Shown here piece after piece: positions 1-12,700 of a stretch of 64,000 nucleotides of DNA. Within the stretch, counting starts at the first letter, position 1; every line of letters starts with the position of its first letter. The DNA is taken from NCBI RefSeq assembly GCF_018977255.1, contig NW_024704771.1, positions 2,356,001-2,420,000 on the forward strand. Direction: 5' to 3'. The stretch is from Callorhinchus milii (Eukaryota). The notes below the pieces were generated by a model that was not told where the DNA came from, did no database searches, and saw nothing but the letters and a program-made list of their open reading frames with translations. The position numbers were made by a program, and so were the translations under genes.

Positions 1-1351
1 CCTCTGCACCAGGCTGACACACGCTAACTCAAAGCTCAATCTGTGTCTGTTCAGATGAAGTTGAAAGATTCTAACTTTCTATTTGAAAAGAGAAGGGACT
101 AAACCGATACACGTACAGCCTCTGGAACAAGAGAATGGGCTACTCTTCACACACAGCACTGGCCCCCGAATTCTTCCATCTCTAAAAAACCTCACCGTCT
201 GGAACACCATGCCACAATCCCTTTGCCTCGTTCCCTCCTTTGCCACCTTAAGACCCTCCTCTTCAAACATGCCTTCAGCCAGCATCGTACCTCTACCCAC
301 TCTGCCCTCCACCCTCCCTAATCCCAACCGCCCCCTTCCCCATCCTCCCACCAATGCTCGTATCCTAATCCCTGACTGTTCAGCACCTTGGGACGTCTTC
401 CCGATGTGAAAGACGCGCTATAAATGTAATTTTTTTGTTGTTGTTCAGTGCCTTGGGACATCTTCCCGACATGAAAGGCACTTTATAAATGTAATTTTGT
501 ATTTTGTTGTATAATTATATGAAACTTAATCTGCATTTTGTTTCCAGTCATTTTTATTGATTTCCAATATAGGAACCTTATATCTCGCTTCTTTCATTTT
601 TCAAACTAAGCATTTGGAAATCTGCTTCCAATTCTGAAATCTGGGATGATCAACAAGAATGACCCATGTAAAGCTCATATTTTTAAATTCATTTTCACTT
701 AGTTATACAATGTTGAATAGAATCATAGAATTATACAGCACAGAAGGAGGCCATGAAATTATTCCCACTCCACCACTCTCTCCCCATAACCCTGAAAACT
801 TGTCCTCCCCAAATAATTATCAACTTCTCTCTTAAAAGTTGTTATGGAATTGGACTGTCGATCAGGGAGGGGGCGGAGGAACGGGGAAGAAAGGGAGGAG
901 TCAAATCATGATTGATTGACAACCTGGAGCCGCTTGTGGTTGGGTGGAGCCTATCCATTCACAAGCAGCTCTAGGCTGTCAATCACCTCGGAGCTGCTGC
1001 TGATTGGTTCACTTCCTGTCCAATGGACATGGCAATGGGAGGGAGGAGGGGCCAATGGTGTTCCTCTGCTGGGTGGGAAGAAGTAAGGTAACTTCGGTTA
1101 ACCTCAGGCACCTCATAAGATGGACAAAATGGCCAGCCCCAGTTTAAGCCGCTTCCACTGTATTTAATTGTCTACACCTTTACCAACTAAGCTACCTGGG
1201 GCCTTTGGATAATTTTTATCATGTCACTTTATTCCGATTTATGGATCGTATTTATGAATTTTAAAATTGATGAGATAATTTTGTAAGTTTAGGGAGTAAG
1301 AAGCTTTTTGCAGTTATTTCCACTGTGAGCCATTAATACAGGGACTCTTAC

Positions 1352-1378
1352 CTGCACAAATAAGCATCCATTCCCACT
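1352..1378 (-). CDS. Butyrophilin-like gene, 27-nt pre-B30.2 exon
   Basis: Long polypyrimidine ...ttcttcag|AGTGGGAATGGATGCTTATTTGTGCAG|gtaaga, phase 1-1, EWEWMLICA. A 27-nt W-containing exon typically precedes the B30.2 exon in BTNs. Confidence 0.7.
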
Positions 1379-2406
1379 CTGAAGAAAAAGGAGAAAGGGA
1401 CAGATGATTAAATCTTCAGGAGGAATCAAGAACAAAGTTTCAGGACAAGTCATTCAGCCCATTGTACTCATTCCCGCATTTTACAAAACCATTTAATTTA
1501 TTTTTCTCTTTGCTTTTCTCGATTTCCCTTAAATACACTTCTGCCGAAGGATCCTTATATTTCCCTTTTAAGCATAATATAACAATTCTGTATCTAAGAC
1601 CTTCTAGTACTCTGTGTTTTGCTTTCTTACAAGTCTCTATGTAAAGAAATGTTTTCTGATTTCACTTCTAATTGGAACAGAACTAATTTTTGGACTATGT
1701 CCCCAGAGTAACTAGAAATCCCCCTATCTATCTGGCCTATTATTTTGAATAACTCAATCAGATCACCACTTAATATACACTTAATCTATTAATCACCGCA
1801 GATACTACGTGCCAGTTACCTTAATATCAGTAGTAATAATAATGATATTCCTTATTTGATAGAGGGTCTTATTCTGTATTCAGGAGATCTCAAAGCGCTT
1901 CACTGAATATACTGTAAAGTGAATTGACTGTATAATTTTTTGGATGGGACGAAGCCGCCAAATGCGCACAGCAGTGTCCCACAAACAGTCATAGATTGAG
2001 GTGACAAATTTATTATTCAGTGGTTAGAGTACTTGATTGATTCCCAGTAGGGCGAAACATTAGGCAAGTTTCCTTATTCCACACGATTGTTAGTCAATTG
2101 GCAGATCGTTTTTCCCGGGAGTAATAATTCCTTCAAAAATTATTAATAATGATATATCTCTAACACGTGATAAGGCGCTATATCAAATGCAAGGATTATT
2201 ATATTATTGTTTTCAGGTGGGTGTTAAAAAACGAACCCATGACATATTCAAACAGAAGAGATTCTCTTGGCCAACAATCCCCCAAATAAACACTTTCGGA
2301 TGTTCGCATGACATAAAAAGTTCTGTATCAAACATATTGCTATTATTATTAAACAAGCTGATGAACAGAAGGAGCCATTATTGGCTCCTTCTTAAGCTTA
2401 ACTTAC

Positions 2407-2424
2407 CCACTGTTTTCTGAAGGC
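2407..2424 (-). CDS. Butyrophilin-like gene, small cytoplasmic exon (18 nt)
   Basis: tttctccaatag|GCCTTCAGAAAACAGTGG|gtaagt, phase 1-1, GLQKTV. BTN genes have mini heptad exons between the TM and B30.2 exons. Confidence 0.6.
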
Positions 2425-2933
2425 CTATTGGAGAAATATAAAATGAAGGTAGCATTAGGTGCATTGCTTCCCAATCTATTTGCTGGTACAATTGGGCAAA
2501 AGAATACAGGCAGAAGACAAAAACAAAATAGATACAAGATTTTCCAAAGAGAAGCAACCAAGATTAATTTCATGCACGTGAACTGCATATTTTAAATTCA
2601 TATTAAAATTAAATACATATTAAAATCCACTTAAACCGAGTAATGGTGTGAAAGAAACCCAACATTTTTAATATGTATTGTAATACCCAAACCAGGGAAA
2701 ATGGAACTGGAGGTAACCATTTTTTTTTGGTCAGCTGGTTGTCTGACACATGCGGAAACCCATCACCATGCTTAGGGTATCCAAACGAAGCTGAGAAATG
2801 TAATTGCATCCCAATTACACATGGAAATCCCAGAGACAGATTGTTGGGATGGAATGCACACACTCCCTGGAGGGACACATCCTGTTTACCTAATTCCAAA
2901 CAGTATTAGGTGCAGATTGGCAAGAACCAGGGA

Positions 2934-3258
2934 GTGGAGTCCTGTAGCTCAGTGGTTAGAGCACTCGCTTTGCAAGTGAGAGACCTGAGTTCAATTCCAG
3001 GCAGAGGGCGAAACCTTGGGCAAGTTTCCTTACTCCACACAGAGCCTAATAATAATCCCTCCAAAACCAAAAACAATAATAAATCGGTCATTTTCAATCC
3101 ATGACTGTTTGTGGGACATTGCTGTGCGCAATTGGCTGCCGCGTTCGCCCACAAATATACAGTCAATTCACTTTACAGTATATTCTGTAAAGCGCTTTGG
3201 GACGTCTAGAAGACGTGAAAAGCACTATATCAAATGCAAGGATTATTATTTTATTATT
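2934..3258 (+). mobile_element. tRNA-Ala(TGC)-derived SINE, young full-length copy
   Basis: A box tagctcagtgg, anticodon arm ctcac/gtgag (ctcgc/gcgag in other copies) with a TTTGCAA loop, B box gagttcaattcc, Deu-like tgtttgtgggacattgctgtgcgcaattggctgcc, L2-like tail and (TTA)n. Confidence 0.9.
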
Positions 3259-4014
3259 AACCACGGTTTGGGGGACCCCAGAGGGTGCGTTGGGGTAACT
3301 GCTGGAGTCTAACCAGCTAAAACCCCATAGCTTGCCATTGATATCGCTGTCTGGCAAGCTTTCCTGCTGCTTGTCCAGCTAGGTCCTTTGGCTTGCAGGG
3401 TTAACAGGAGGTTTCCTGCCCCCAGTGACTGCTCTGCCTTTGCAGGTCCTGCCAATGAGCCACGCGGGCTGTGCTGTCATATGTCATATGTCATATGTGG
3501 AATACTGTGGACCTACCTGGGTCAGGAAATAGTCTCGAGACTGCCACAGATCACTGGCTCAATACCAACATTCTGTTGCCAGGCAAGTCACCTTGGAGCC
3601 AGTTTAGCTCTAAGGAGACCCCATTTACCTCCTATCCATAAAGGATAGGAGGTAATTGGGTAAGTAATTAAATAGCAGACAACTAATGGCACACATAATA
3701 ATATTCCTTGCAATTCAGTGTCTTATCAAGTCAAAATGTCTTAAATTGCTTCACAAGATTTCTTCTGTGAAGTAAACTAACTATGTAATTGTACAAAATT
3801 GAGATTAATCTACCTGTGCATGTTAGGTCATTAAACTGTTTACTTGGATACAATGGTGTCCATTCTTCGGATGGTTTTGCCTATAACATATACAGTCAAT
3901 TCACTTTACAGTATATTCTGTGAAGCGATTTGAGATGTCTCAAAGACATGATAAGGCGCTATATCAAATGAAGAATTATTATTATTTATATTTCTCACAG
4001 CGATTGGAACATAC

Positions 4015-4133
4015 CTTTGATCTTGTTGCGTTGTTGCATATTGCAGTATAAGCTCAGAACAAAAACTACTGTGAAAATGGTGAAGAGCATCAAAGAAACC
4101 ACCAACCACAAGAGATCCTGGGAAATACATCAT
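4015..4133 (-). CDS. Butyrophilin-like gene, transmembrane exon (apparent 1-nt deletion/frameshift)
   Basis: ttttcag acceptor and AAAG|gtatgt donor, but 119 nt rather than 120. The entry frame reads DDVFPRISCGWWFL*. The shifted frame reads WLVVSLMLFTIFTVVFVLSLYCNMQQRNKIK (TM plus basic stop-transfer). Confidence 0.8.
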
Positions 4134-4641
4134 CTGAAAAGTAAAAATTCAGCGAATAAATTTTGAGTTTGACATTAAATCCAAACAAATGTGATTAATT
4201 TCTCAACTAGAATTATCCAGGTAGATTTTAGATAGTTCTTATTCCACTTTCAGCTGATGACTTCGGGTAACTATGTACTGTTAATGAAATGAATGGAAAT
4301 ATGCCTAATTTTAGTTAGATTTTATGAATGTAAGTGGTGGTGGTGGATGGAATCGTCCAACCAGCAGTTGGACCATGTTCCCAACATGGAAGGTACTATA
4401 TCAATTCAACTTGCTGTGGAATGTGCTAACACATGTACAGAGAAGCATCATTCATTCTCCACATTCTACACTACACACAAGTATTCTGCCAATACAACAG
4501 GTTGTAGTTAGAAAGAGATATCAATCTACCAGTTTATAACACAAGTGAACTTTCGTCACCTTTAAAGCTGAGTATTAAATATTGGTTACAGATTAATTTC
4601 TTGGTTCAGCTAACAGCAGAATGATTTACATGTCGACACAC

Positions 4642-4926
4642 CTGCGATTTGGATTCTTCCTTCCTTTTCTTTCTTCATTAGACTATTGCTGATCAGACAC
4701 TTAAACCTGTTGCTGGAATCTTTTGTGATATTGAGGGAGGTTCGGACATTCACAAAACCTTCAGGATTCTTTTCTTCTTTCGTTTGACTTTGTGCCGTCA
4801 AATTGACTCCGTTTCCATCCAGCCACAGAATGTCTGGCTCAGGAAACCATCCCTCGGACTCGCACACAAGACGTATACCTCCACTGTAGTATCCTTGCAT
4901 AAAAACCCAAGGCTGACTGCCAAGAA
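4642..4926 (-). CDS. Butyrophilin-like gene, IgC exon
   Basis: cacag acceptor and GCAG|gtgtgt donor, 285 nt, phase 1-1. Reads VLGSQPWV...GGIRLVCESEGWFPEPDILWLDGNG...FKCLISNSLMKKEKEGRIQIA, containing the BTN IgC motif L-x-C-x-S-x-G-W-x-P-x-P. Confidence 0.95.
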
Positions 4927-7097
4927 CTGTGAGATGAAATACACGAAACCACTCTAAATCACAATGAAAAGCATTCAAAGTAAGTTCTTTTTTGGGGATC
5001 ACTTTGCCTAAGGTTCTCCAAACCAGACTGAGAATTCCATGTGTGTTTGCTGCCTACACATAGAGATTTCCAGACATTCTTCAGTCCATTTAAACATATA
5101 GTGTAACCAAATATGCTTCTTTATCACGTGAATTTGGTTACAATGCAATGTAATGGTCCCCATTCACTACACACATCAAACAGCATGAAGTGACATTGGA
5201 GGCAACCTGATAACTTGGAAGTCAGTCATTTTTCGTTTAGTTCAGGAGTTGAGCTGAGAGGCTGCTGAATGGACAGTGAAACCAGCAATTGATCGATCAC
5301 ACCTTGCTGTAGCACAGGCTGGGATTTCAGGGCTCCCAACCATCTTGCTATAAATGGAGAACCACTCTAACACCTAAACTTTCGGGATGAGAAATTATAA
5401 GTGAGGAGAAACACTCAGTCGGCGCTTTTTCCACTGAAGCAGAAGAGATTGAGAGAGAACATGAAAGAGTAAGATTTGAAGAGGCATAAGACAGGTAGAG
5501 AGGGAAAAACATTCCCATCAACACAAACAACAACAAATTACATTTGCCTAGCACTTTTCACATCAGGAGAACATCCCAAAGCATTGGACAGTCAGGGATT
5601 TCCACCCAAGCTGGTGGTTGGGATCAGGAGCGGTGGATGTCAGGGGATAGGGATAGATGGGTGATTGAAGACACGGTTGTAGAGGAGCAACGTGAGACAG
5701 GTTTTGAAGTAGGCAAGTGAGGAGGAGAGGCTGTGGGATGGAGTTCCAGAGGGTGGGGGTAGAAGGGCTGAAGCTCCACTCGCCAATGGTAGTGTGTACG
5801 AGGCGGGGGTGTGAAGCAGGCTGTAGCCCACTGAGCAGAGGGAACGGACAGGTCATTAAGGGGTTAGGAGGTCACAGAGGTAGGAGGTGGATCAAGGCTG
5901 TAGAAGATTTAGTGACAAGATGTCACAGTTTCAGGGGAATCAGAAGACAAGTTACAGGTTAGAAGGAATTTCTTCACTCAGAAAGCTGTTGGGGTTTGGA
6001 ATTCTTTCCTTATACTGAGGTTGGGCCTGAGTTCACGCGCTCTGGGATGCTCCCCTGTGTGAGGGACTATATAAATGCAAGTTATTGTTGTTCTTGGGTC
6101 AGTTGAAAGGAGAAATGAAGAGCAAAGGAATGAAAATGGAATTAATAAAGAAAAAAAGAGACAAAAAGAATAAATTGCATGTATACAGTAGAGCACCTTT
6201 CAGGTTGGAAGGACCTCCCAAAGCATTTCAAACACTGATTGGGAGCCAGAATTTGGGGAGGGGGATTTGGAGCATATCCAAACGAGCTGTAGAAGAGACA
6301 GATCCTAAGGCACAGAGGGAGGAGTTATGGAGGAACAACTGCAGATGGAATTCCAGAGGGTGGACCATGATCTGATGGTTGGGGGGGGAGGGGGGGGGTT
6401 TGTGCAGGAAACATGAATATGGGGAAGTCACGGAGATAGGTACAGAGATTAACACGTTTAGGTTTGGCCTGGGATAATAGTGCATATCACAAGTGAAAGA
6501 ACAATACAGATGAGATTGTTGAATAATGAGTGAATAATAATAATATTTATTATTAATATTATTTTAATTAATGGCAGGATGTTACAGATTGAATTTATTC
6601 TTTAGTTCATTTGTGATGAATCAATAGCTCAGAGGTCATTTAAAAATGATTTTTCTGAGCCAGAGAGTCAGCAAAACTAGCAACAAATAGTAACTGTTCT
6701 GCTAAAAATTTCATTAGAAAACAGAGTGACAATAATGAGTGGACTGGAAGATAGGAATTGACAGGAGAAGGATGTTGCATCTACTGTTAGATACAAACCT
6801 TCTTTAATGAACAGTATCAAAGGGAATGGTTTGAAAGGCTGCAAATGTTACCATCATTGAGGAGAAATTCCACCTGGATCTAGATTTCCTCTATTCATGA
6901 AGTATTTTAGAGCATTTGCCAATTGTTGAATTCAGTTTTAACCTTGGGAAGAATTTTCTGTCATTTCTTAAAAGAAACGTACAATCTGCAACACTGCATC
7001 AATACAATAAGTCTTGATCCAGGGAGATTTTCTCTTATACAGTCTAAAGTCAGGAGGAAAAGAACACTTTGAAGGGACATTTATAAATGTTACTTAC

Positions 7098-7445
7098 CCA
7101 GAACTTGCAATTGAATCTTTGCCTCTTCATACCATCCCTCATAATTGATAAAACATGTGTATATTCCGTTATCTGCCACCTGTACATCTTCCAGTCTGAG
7201 GGACATGTTGCCATTTATAAACTCTTCTACAAATAGCTGTGTTCTGTCTCTGTAGGCTGTATCTTGTTCCGCTGTCTGATCTCGTCCCTCACTGTATAAG
7301 TGGACAGGTGATCCGAATCTCGTCCTGAACCATCTCACCTCCATACCCTCTCGTGGCAGGTCTGTGGAACACTTACAGTCCAGGACAACATCCGAACCAG
7401 CAATGGCTGGGACAGGGAGGGCCGGGCCACTGACTGTGAATCTCT
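7098..7445 (-). CDS. Butyrophilin-like gene, IgV exon
   Basis: Polypyrimidine-aacag acceptor and G|gtaagt donor, 348 nt, phase 1-1, open. Reads ERFTVSGPALPVPAIAGSDVVLDCKC...MEVRWFR...PVHLYSEGRDQ...YRDRTQLF...GNMSLRLEDVQVADNGIYTC, a typical BTN/MOG/B7-type V domain with both Cys and the core Trp. Confidence 0.95.
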
Positions 7446-7744
7446 CTGTTTAATAACAAAAAAGGGAAAAAGTTAGAATTTGCAGAATGACACTGACACA
7501 GTTTCCTTTAGCTCAGTGGTTAGAGCACTCGCCTCGCAAGTGAAAGGACCCGGACTTGATTCCCAGGCAGAGCAAAACGTTGGGCAAATTTCCTTACTCC
7601 ACGTGCCTCTGTTTGCCTGACAGTAAGTAGGAACCCGGTTGTTAGTCGATTGGCAGATCCTTTTCTCAGGGATAATAATCCCTCCAACAAATAAATAAAT
7701 TAAACGATTTTCAGTATCACATTGACTTAGACTACAGAAACTCA

Positions 7745-8420
7745 CTGGGATCATGGAATCACAGAATATTACTTAAATAGATATTTGGGGAGGACAAGTT
7801 TGCAGGGATATGGGGAGAGCGCGGGGAGTGGGATTGACTTGGACAGCTCTTTCAAAGAGCTGGCATGGATATGATGGGCCAAATGGCCTCCTTCTGTACT
7901 GTATAATTCTATGATTCTATGATTACAGCACAGAAGGAGGCCATTTGGCCCATCAGCCTATGCCGGCTCTTTGAAAAAGTTACCCAATTAGTCCCACTGG
8001 CCTCTTAACCCACATCATTGCATATTTTTCCTTTTCAAGGACTTACCCAATTCCCTTTTGAAAGCTACTATTGAATCTGCTTCCAACACCCTTTCAGGGA
8101 ATGTATTCCAGATTGTAACAATTCTCGAGGTAAAAAAATTCCTCCTCATCTCCCCTCTGGCTCTTTTGTCAATTATCTTAAATCTGTGTTCTCTGGTTAC
8201 CGACCCACCTGCCAGTGGAAACAGTTTCCTGTTTACTCTATCAAAACCCCTCATAATTTTGAACACTTCTATTAAATTTCCCCTTAACCACTACTCTAAG
8301 GAGAACAATCCCAGCCTCTCTAGTCTCTCTATATAATTGAAGTCCTTCATCCCTGGCATCATTCTGGTAAATCTCCTCTGCACCCTCTCCAAGGACCTGA
8401 CATCCTTCTGTAAGGAGGTA
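7745..8420 (-). mobile_element. CR1 LINE 3' fragments
   Basis: ORF 8015-8266 (FKIMRGFDRV...FFTSRIVTIWN) and ATTCTATG-type tails. Confidence 0.85.
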
Positions 8421-9657
8421 TCAATAAATTCTGACATAAAATGGAAAAGGACCTTTTACACCCACAACAATAAGCTAATATATTACACTTGAGTATTGTG
8501 TTTGCTGGTAAATAATAATGATAATAATACTTGCATTTGATATAGCACCTTATCATGTCTTAGATGTCTCAAAGTGCTTCACAATTTATATTGTAAATTG
8601 AATTGACTCTATATGTTGTGGGCGAAATGCGGCAAGCAAATTACGCACAGAAGTGTCCCGCAGACAGTCGTGGATTTTAGGACCAAATTTCTTTTTTTTG
8701 AAGGAATTATTATCCCCATAAAAGCAATCTTCCAATCAACTAACAACCAGGTTCCTACTTATTGTTAGGTAAACAGAGGTGTGTGTGAGTAAGGAAACTT
8801 GCTCAAAGTTTTGCCCTGCCAGCATCAAACTCAGGTCTCTTGCCTTGCAAGGCGAGTGCACAGTCACTACAGTTTTACAGAAACTCTCCGTGAAGCTCTT
8901 CGAAAGACTTGGACATGCGAAGACTCTGCATCAAAAGCAATGATTATAGATGCAGGCATTTTTTTAGATTATTATTTTTTTCAACATTCTTTAAAAGATT
9001 GAGTTTAACAAGATTCAACAAAGCTCTCAAACTGACTGTTCACGTTATCATGTCAGAAGCATCTCGCTGTAGCCATACCAGTGCAGGAGAACAAGAAGGC
9101 AAAGTTCAGGGGCTGTGAAGGGCAATTTTGTAAAGGCATTTTTTTAAATATAAATTTAGTGTCCGATTAATTTGTTCTAATTTTCTTCTCAGCAAAAAGT
9201 GGCTCTCTGCGCCCGGTCTGTCACCCTCAGCCAATCATGCCCTTGCCAGTTTTTTTAAGAGCCATCCTTTCAATCCCATGTACCCGTCCTTTCCCCCCGT
9301 TACCTCTGAGCTTACTGCTTTTTTGGTATTTATCTCACTGTATTTTGAAGGCCAATGTTGTTACTGCCTCAAGCATCGCTCCTGGCAGGGGATTCCATAT
9401 CCTAACCACTCTGCGTGTGAAAATATTTCTCCTCACCTCTCCATTCGCTTGTTTGCTTATGATCATAAATTTATGCCCTCCATTTACATGAACGATGATG
9501 ACTTGGGCATCAATTTAATGAGGGTGATCAATGGGGTAACCAGCAACTGTGGAACTGAGAGCAGTGAGCATATTGTGGGAGTTGTTGAGGATTAGAAACA
9601 TAATTGGTCACACTTTTTTTTTCAAAAAGATAAAGCAGATACAACGGATTTCCTTAC

Positions 9658-9715
9658 CAGCCAGTGAGAGGGGAAGCACAAGCCATAGGACCTGAATCCA
9701 GTGTTTGCAGCTCAT
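9658..9715 (-). CDS. Butyrophilin-like gene, leader (signal peptide) exon
   Basis: ATG at 9715 reads MSCKHWIQVLWLVLPLSLA + G|gtaagg donor (58 nt, phase 1). It joins the IgV exon in frame (GAG=E, ...SLA-ERFTVSG). Acceptor ccag at 9745-9746 upstream of the ATG. Confidence 0.8.
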
Positions 9716-12700
9716 CTTCTCGGACCTTCACAATGAGATCACAACTGGTTACAACACAGCAAATCAGATCATTACACACAGAGATTTGTGATTATGAGCA
9801 ATAGATAAATCGTTTCAATGGGCACTTGGCTTTTAAAGCAATTTATAATAATAATAGCATTTGATATAGCACCTTGCCATAATTTTACTAATTGTTTTAT
9901 CTCTATCAAATAACCTCAATTGCCACTTTCTCAGTTACTGCAAATCTCAATTGTCCCTGACTTTGCTCCTTCTGAGCCTATTCTGTGATGTGACGATTTA
10001 TGTAGTTACAATCAATCGAGATCAGATTACTAGGAATGATGGATTTCAAATATGTGCAGAGACTAGAGAAGCTGGGATTGTTCTCCTTAGAACAGAGAAG
10101 GTTGAGGGGAGATTTAATAGAGGTGTTCACAATGTTGAGAGGTTTTGATAGAATAGATAGGGAGCGGGGGGGGGAGGGGTTAGTATCCAGGAGCCATAGA
10201 TTTAATATAATTGGCAAAAGAACCAGAGGGAAGACAAGGAGAATATGTTTTTACCCAGAGAGTTGTTTCGGTGTGGAATGCACTGCCTGAAAGGGTAGTG
10301 GAACCAGATTCAATAGTAGATTTCAAAAGGGAATTGGCTACGTACTTCAAAAGGACAATTTTGCAGGGTTTGGGGTAAGAGTGGGGGAGTGGGACTAGTT
10401 GAATTGCTCTTTCACAGAGCTGGCACAGGCATGATGGGCTAAATAGCCTCCTTCTCCCTAATTCTCTGATTAATCAACAATAAAACACCAGGAATTCACT
10501 CCTCAGTCTTTACAATATTAGGGCAGAAATCTCTCAGTGATTACACAAGCTCTTTTTCTAATATAAGAATGAGCTTTTAATTTCCAAATGTAAAATGAAC
10601 ATCGTATATTCTGTGAAGACATGAAGACATGCTATATCAAATGCAGGTATTATTATAATATATCACATTACAAATACAAATATACATTCACTGATTTTAA
10701 AAGTAGTAATTAAAAGAATTTTAAAAAATAGAAAGGAAAGTTTACTGATAATCTGTTTTGCTTTGTAAAATGGTACTTTTCCTTCACAGAATTAAAACTA
10801 AATATTGATTCTGATAAGTATTTCTTTTAACAATAAACCTCCCTACATATCCGAAAAGCTTACACCCCAACTCCACCACCCACCGCCTCGGCTTGGCTGG
10901 CTCCAGCCTCCTGTTTGACCTTGGTCCTCTCCCCTCCGCCATTGGTGGCCACACCTTCAGCCACTATGCCCCGAAACTCTGCAACTCTCTCCCTCAATCC
11001 CACCGCCTTTCCCTTCCCTAACCAGCTTCAAATTCTGTTCAAAGGCTTTTCTTTTTGATCATGCTCACAGTCACCTCCCCCTTCCCTCTCCCCATGGCTC
11101 CGGGTTAGAATCCACTACTGTGAAGTGCTCCGGGACACTACCCCCTGTGAAGGGCACTACATAAATAAGTTGTTGTTATATCTCTCTCCCGTGGTTTGTT
11201 CTCTGATGTTTAGACCTGTTGTTCCTTGTTCTCCTCAGGTCTCTGCAGATAAACAGTTCACTTCCAGAGCTCTGCTCAGACGAGGCAAATGCCTTGATCT
11301 TAAAAAATCATTGATTCGAGTTACGGGGGAGACTTAAAGGTTGATTCAATTCGAGGGGTAAAAGGACTTGGCTGTTGTCTATGAGACCATCACTGGAAAT
11401 TAACAGTATTTTCATTTGTGACATTAATTCATAAATGTGAGCAACACAAGTTCACCTAGCAACGAGGAGGCTCCCCAACCGTCTCTCTCCTCTCTCTCAC
11501 TCTCTCAATCTCCTTTCCTCCTATCTCAGTCATCGCTCTTTCTCACTCCCTGAGTCCTCTCTCAACAACAACATGCACTTCTATAGCACCCTCCATGCAG
11601 GTTAGCATCTCCGAATACTTAACAGTGGTGGAGCCTGACTCTGAGCCCGGGGGGTGGGGGAGGTGAGGTAGCAATAAGCACAGTTGAGAAGGAAGGTTTT
11701 CAGGTGAGACTTGAAAAAGGGGAGCGAGGGGCCAAAGTGGAAGGATTGAGGGATAGTGTTCCAGCGTTTAACAGTTTCCTCCTCTCCCTGGTCCCAGTCG
11801 TCTCTCTCTCTCTTCAACACTCTCAGTCCTGCCTCCCTCCCTCCCCCTCTCTCAGCCCCTTTTTCAAGCTGCTCTCTCCCCAGCATCACGGAAGAGAAGT
11901 TTGGAAGTGAATGTGCAGCAGACATGGCACACACCCAGGAAAGGGTCCTGTCACAAAATGTTTTCTGAATCTCATCTGTCACATAATGGAAAGAAAAAAG
12001 ATATAATAGTATAATAATCTTTGCATTTGATATTGCGCTTTATCACATCTCAGGCATCTCAAAGCACTTCACAGAATATACTGTGAAGTGAATGGATTGT
12101 ATATTTGTGGGCGAAACACGGCAGCCAATTACAACAGCAGTGTCCCACAAACAGTCTTGGATTGAATTGACAATTTTTTTTAAAAGGAATTTTTACCCCT
12201 GGAAAAGTAATCCACCAATCGACTAACAACCGGGTTCCTATTTACTGCCCGATAACCAGAGGCGTGTGGAGTAACAAAACTTGCCCAACGTTTCGCCCTG
12301 ACGGGAATCAAACCCAGGTCTCTTGCTTGTGAGTCGAGTGCTCTAACCACTGAGCTCCACAAAATGGCTGGAACATAGTGAGTGATCATTACCCACGACA
12401 GAGGCAGCCACACTGAAAGTCTGTATCACAGAAGCTTAGGAGCAGCAACATGACTGGGGATTTCCCTGGGAGAGAGATTGAGAGAGTCCACACAAAGCTG
12501 CCTGTCAGGAGATATTACCACCGGCTGCTTCACACAGAGAGTTTAATAATAATAATAATAATAATAATATTTGCATCAGATATAGCACCTTATCACGTCT
12601 TCAAGATGTCTAAAACACTTCACAAAACATATTGTAAATTGAATTGACTGTATAAGATCTATCATTAAAACACTGGCACTAAAGAGGAACCAGCCATTAT

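Noticed and set aside
2934-3010. tRNA-Ala(TGC)-like cloverleaf (and many similar copies)
   Set aside because: Each is the head of a ~320-bp SINE with a Deu-like body and L2 tail, and the acceptor stem is not intact. These are not tRNA genes.
3814-3880. Candidate BTN cytoplasmic exon (tatag|...ACAG|gtagat)
   Set aside because: It is 67 nt and contains TAA in the phase-1 frame needed after the TM exon. It is open only in phase 0, so it is not supported.
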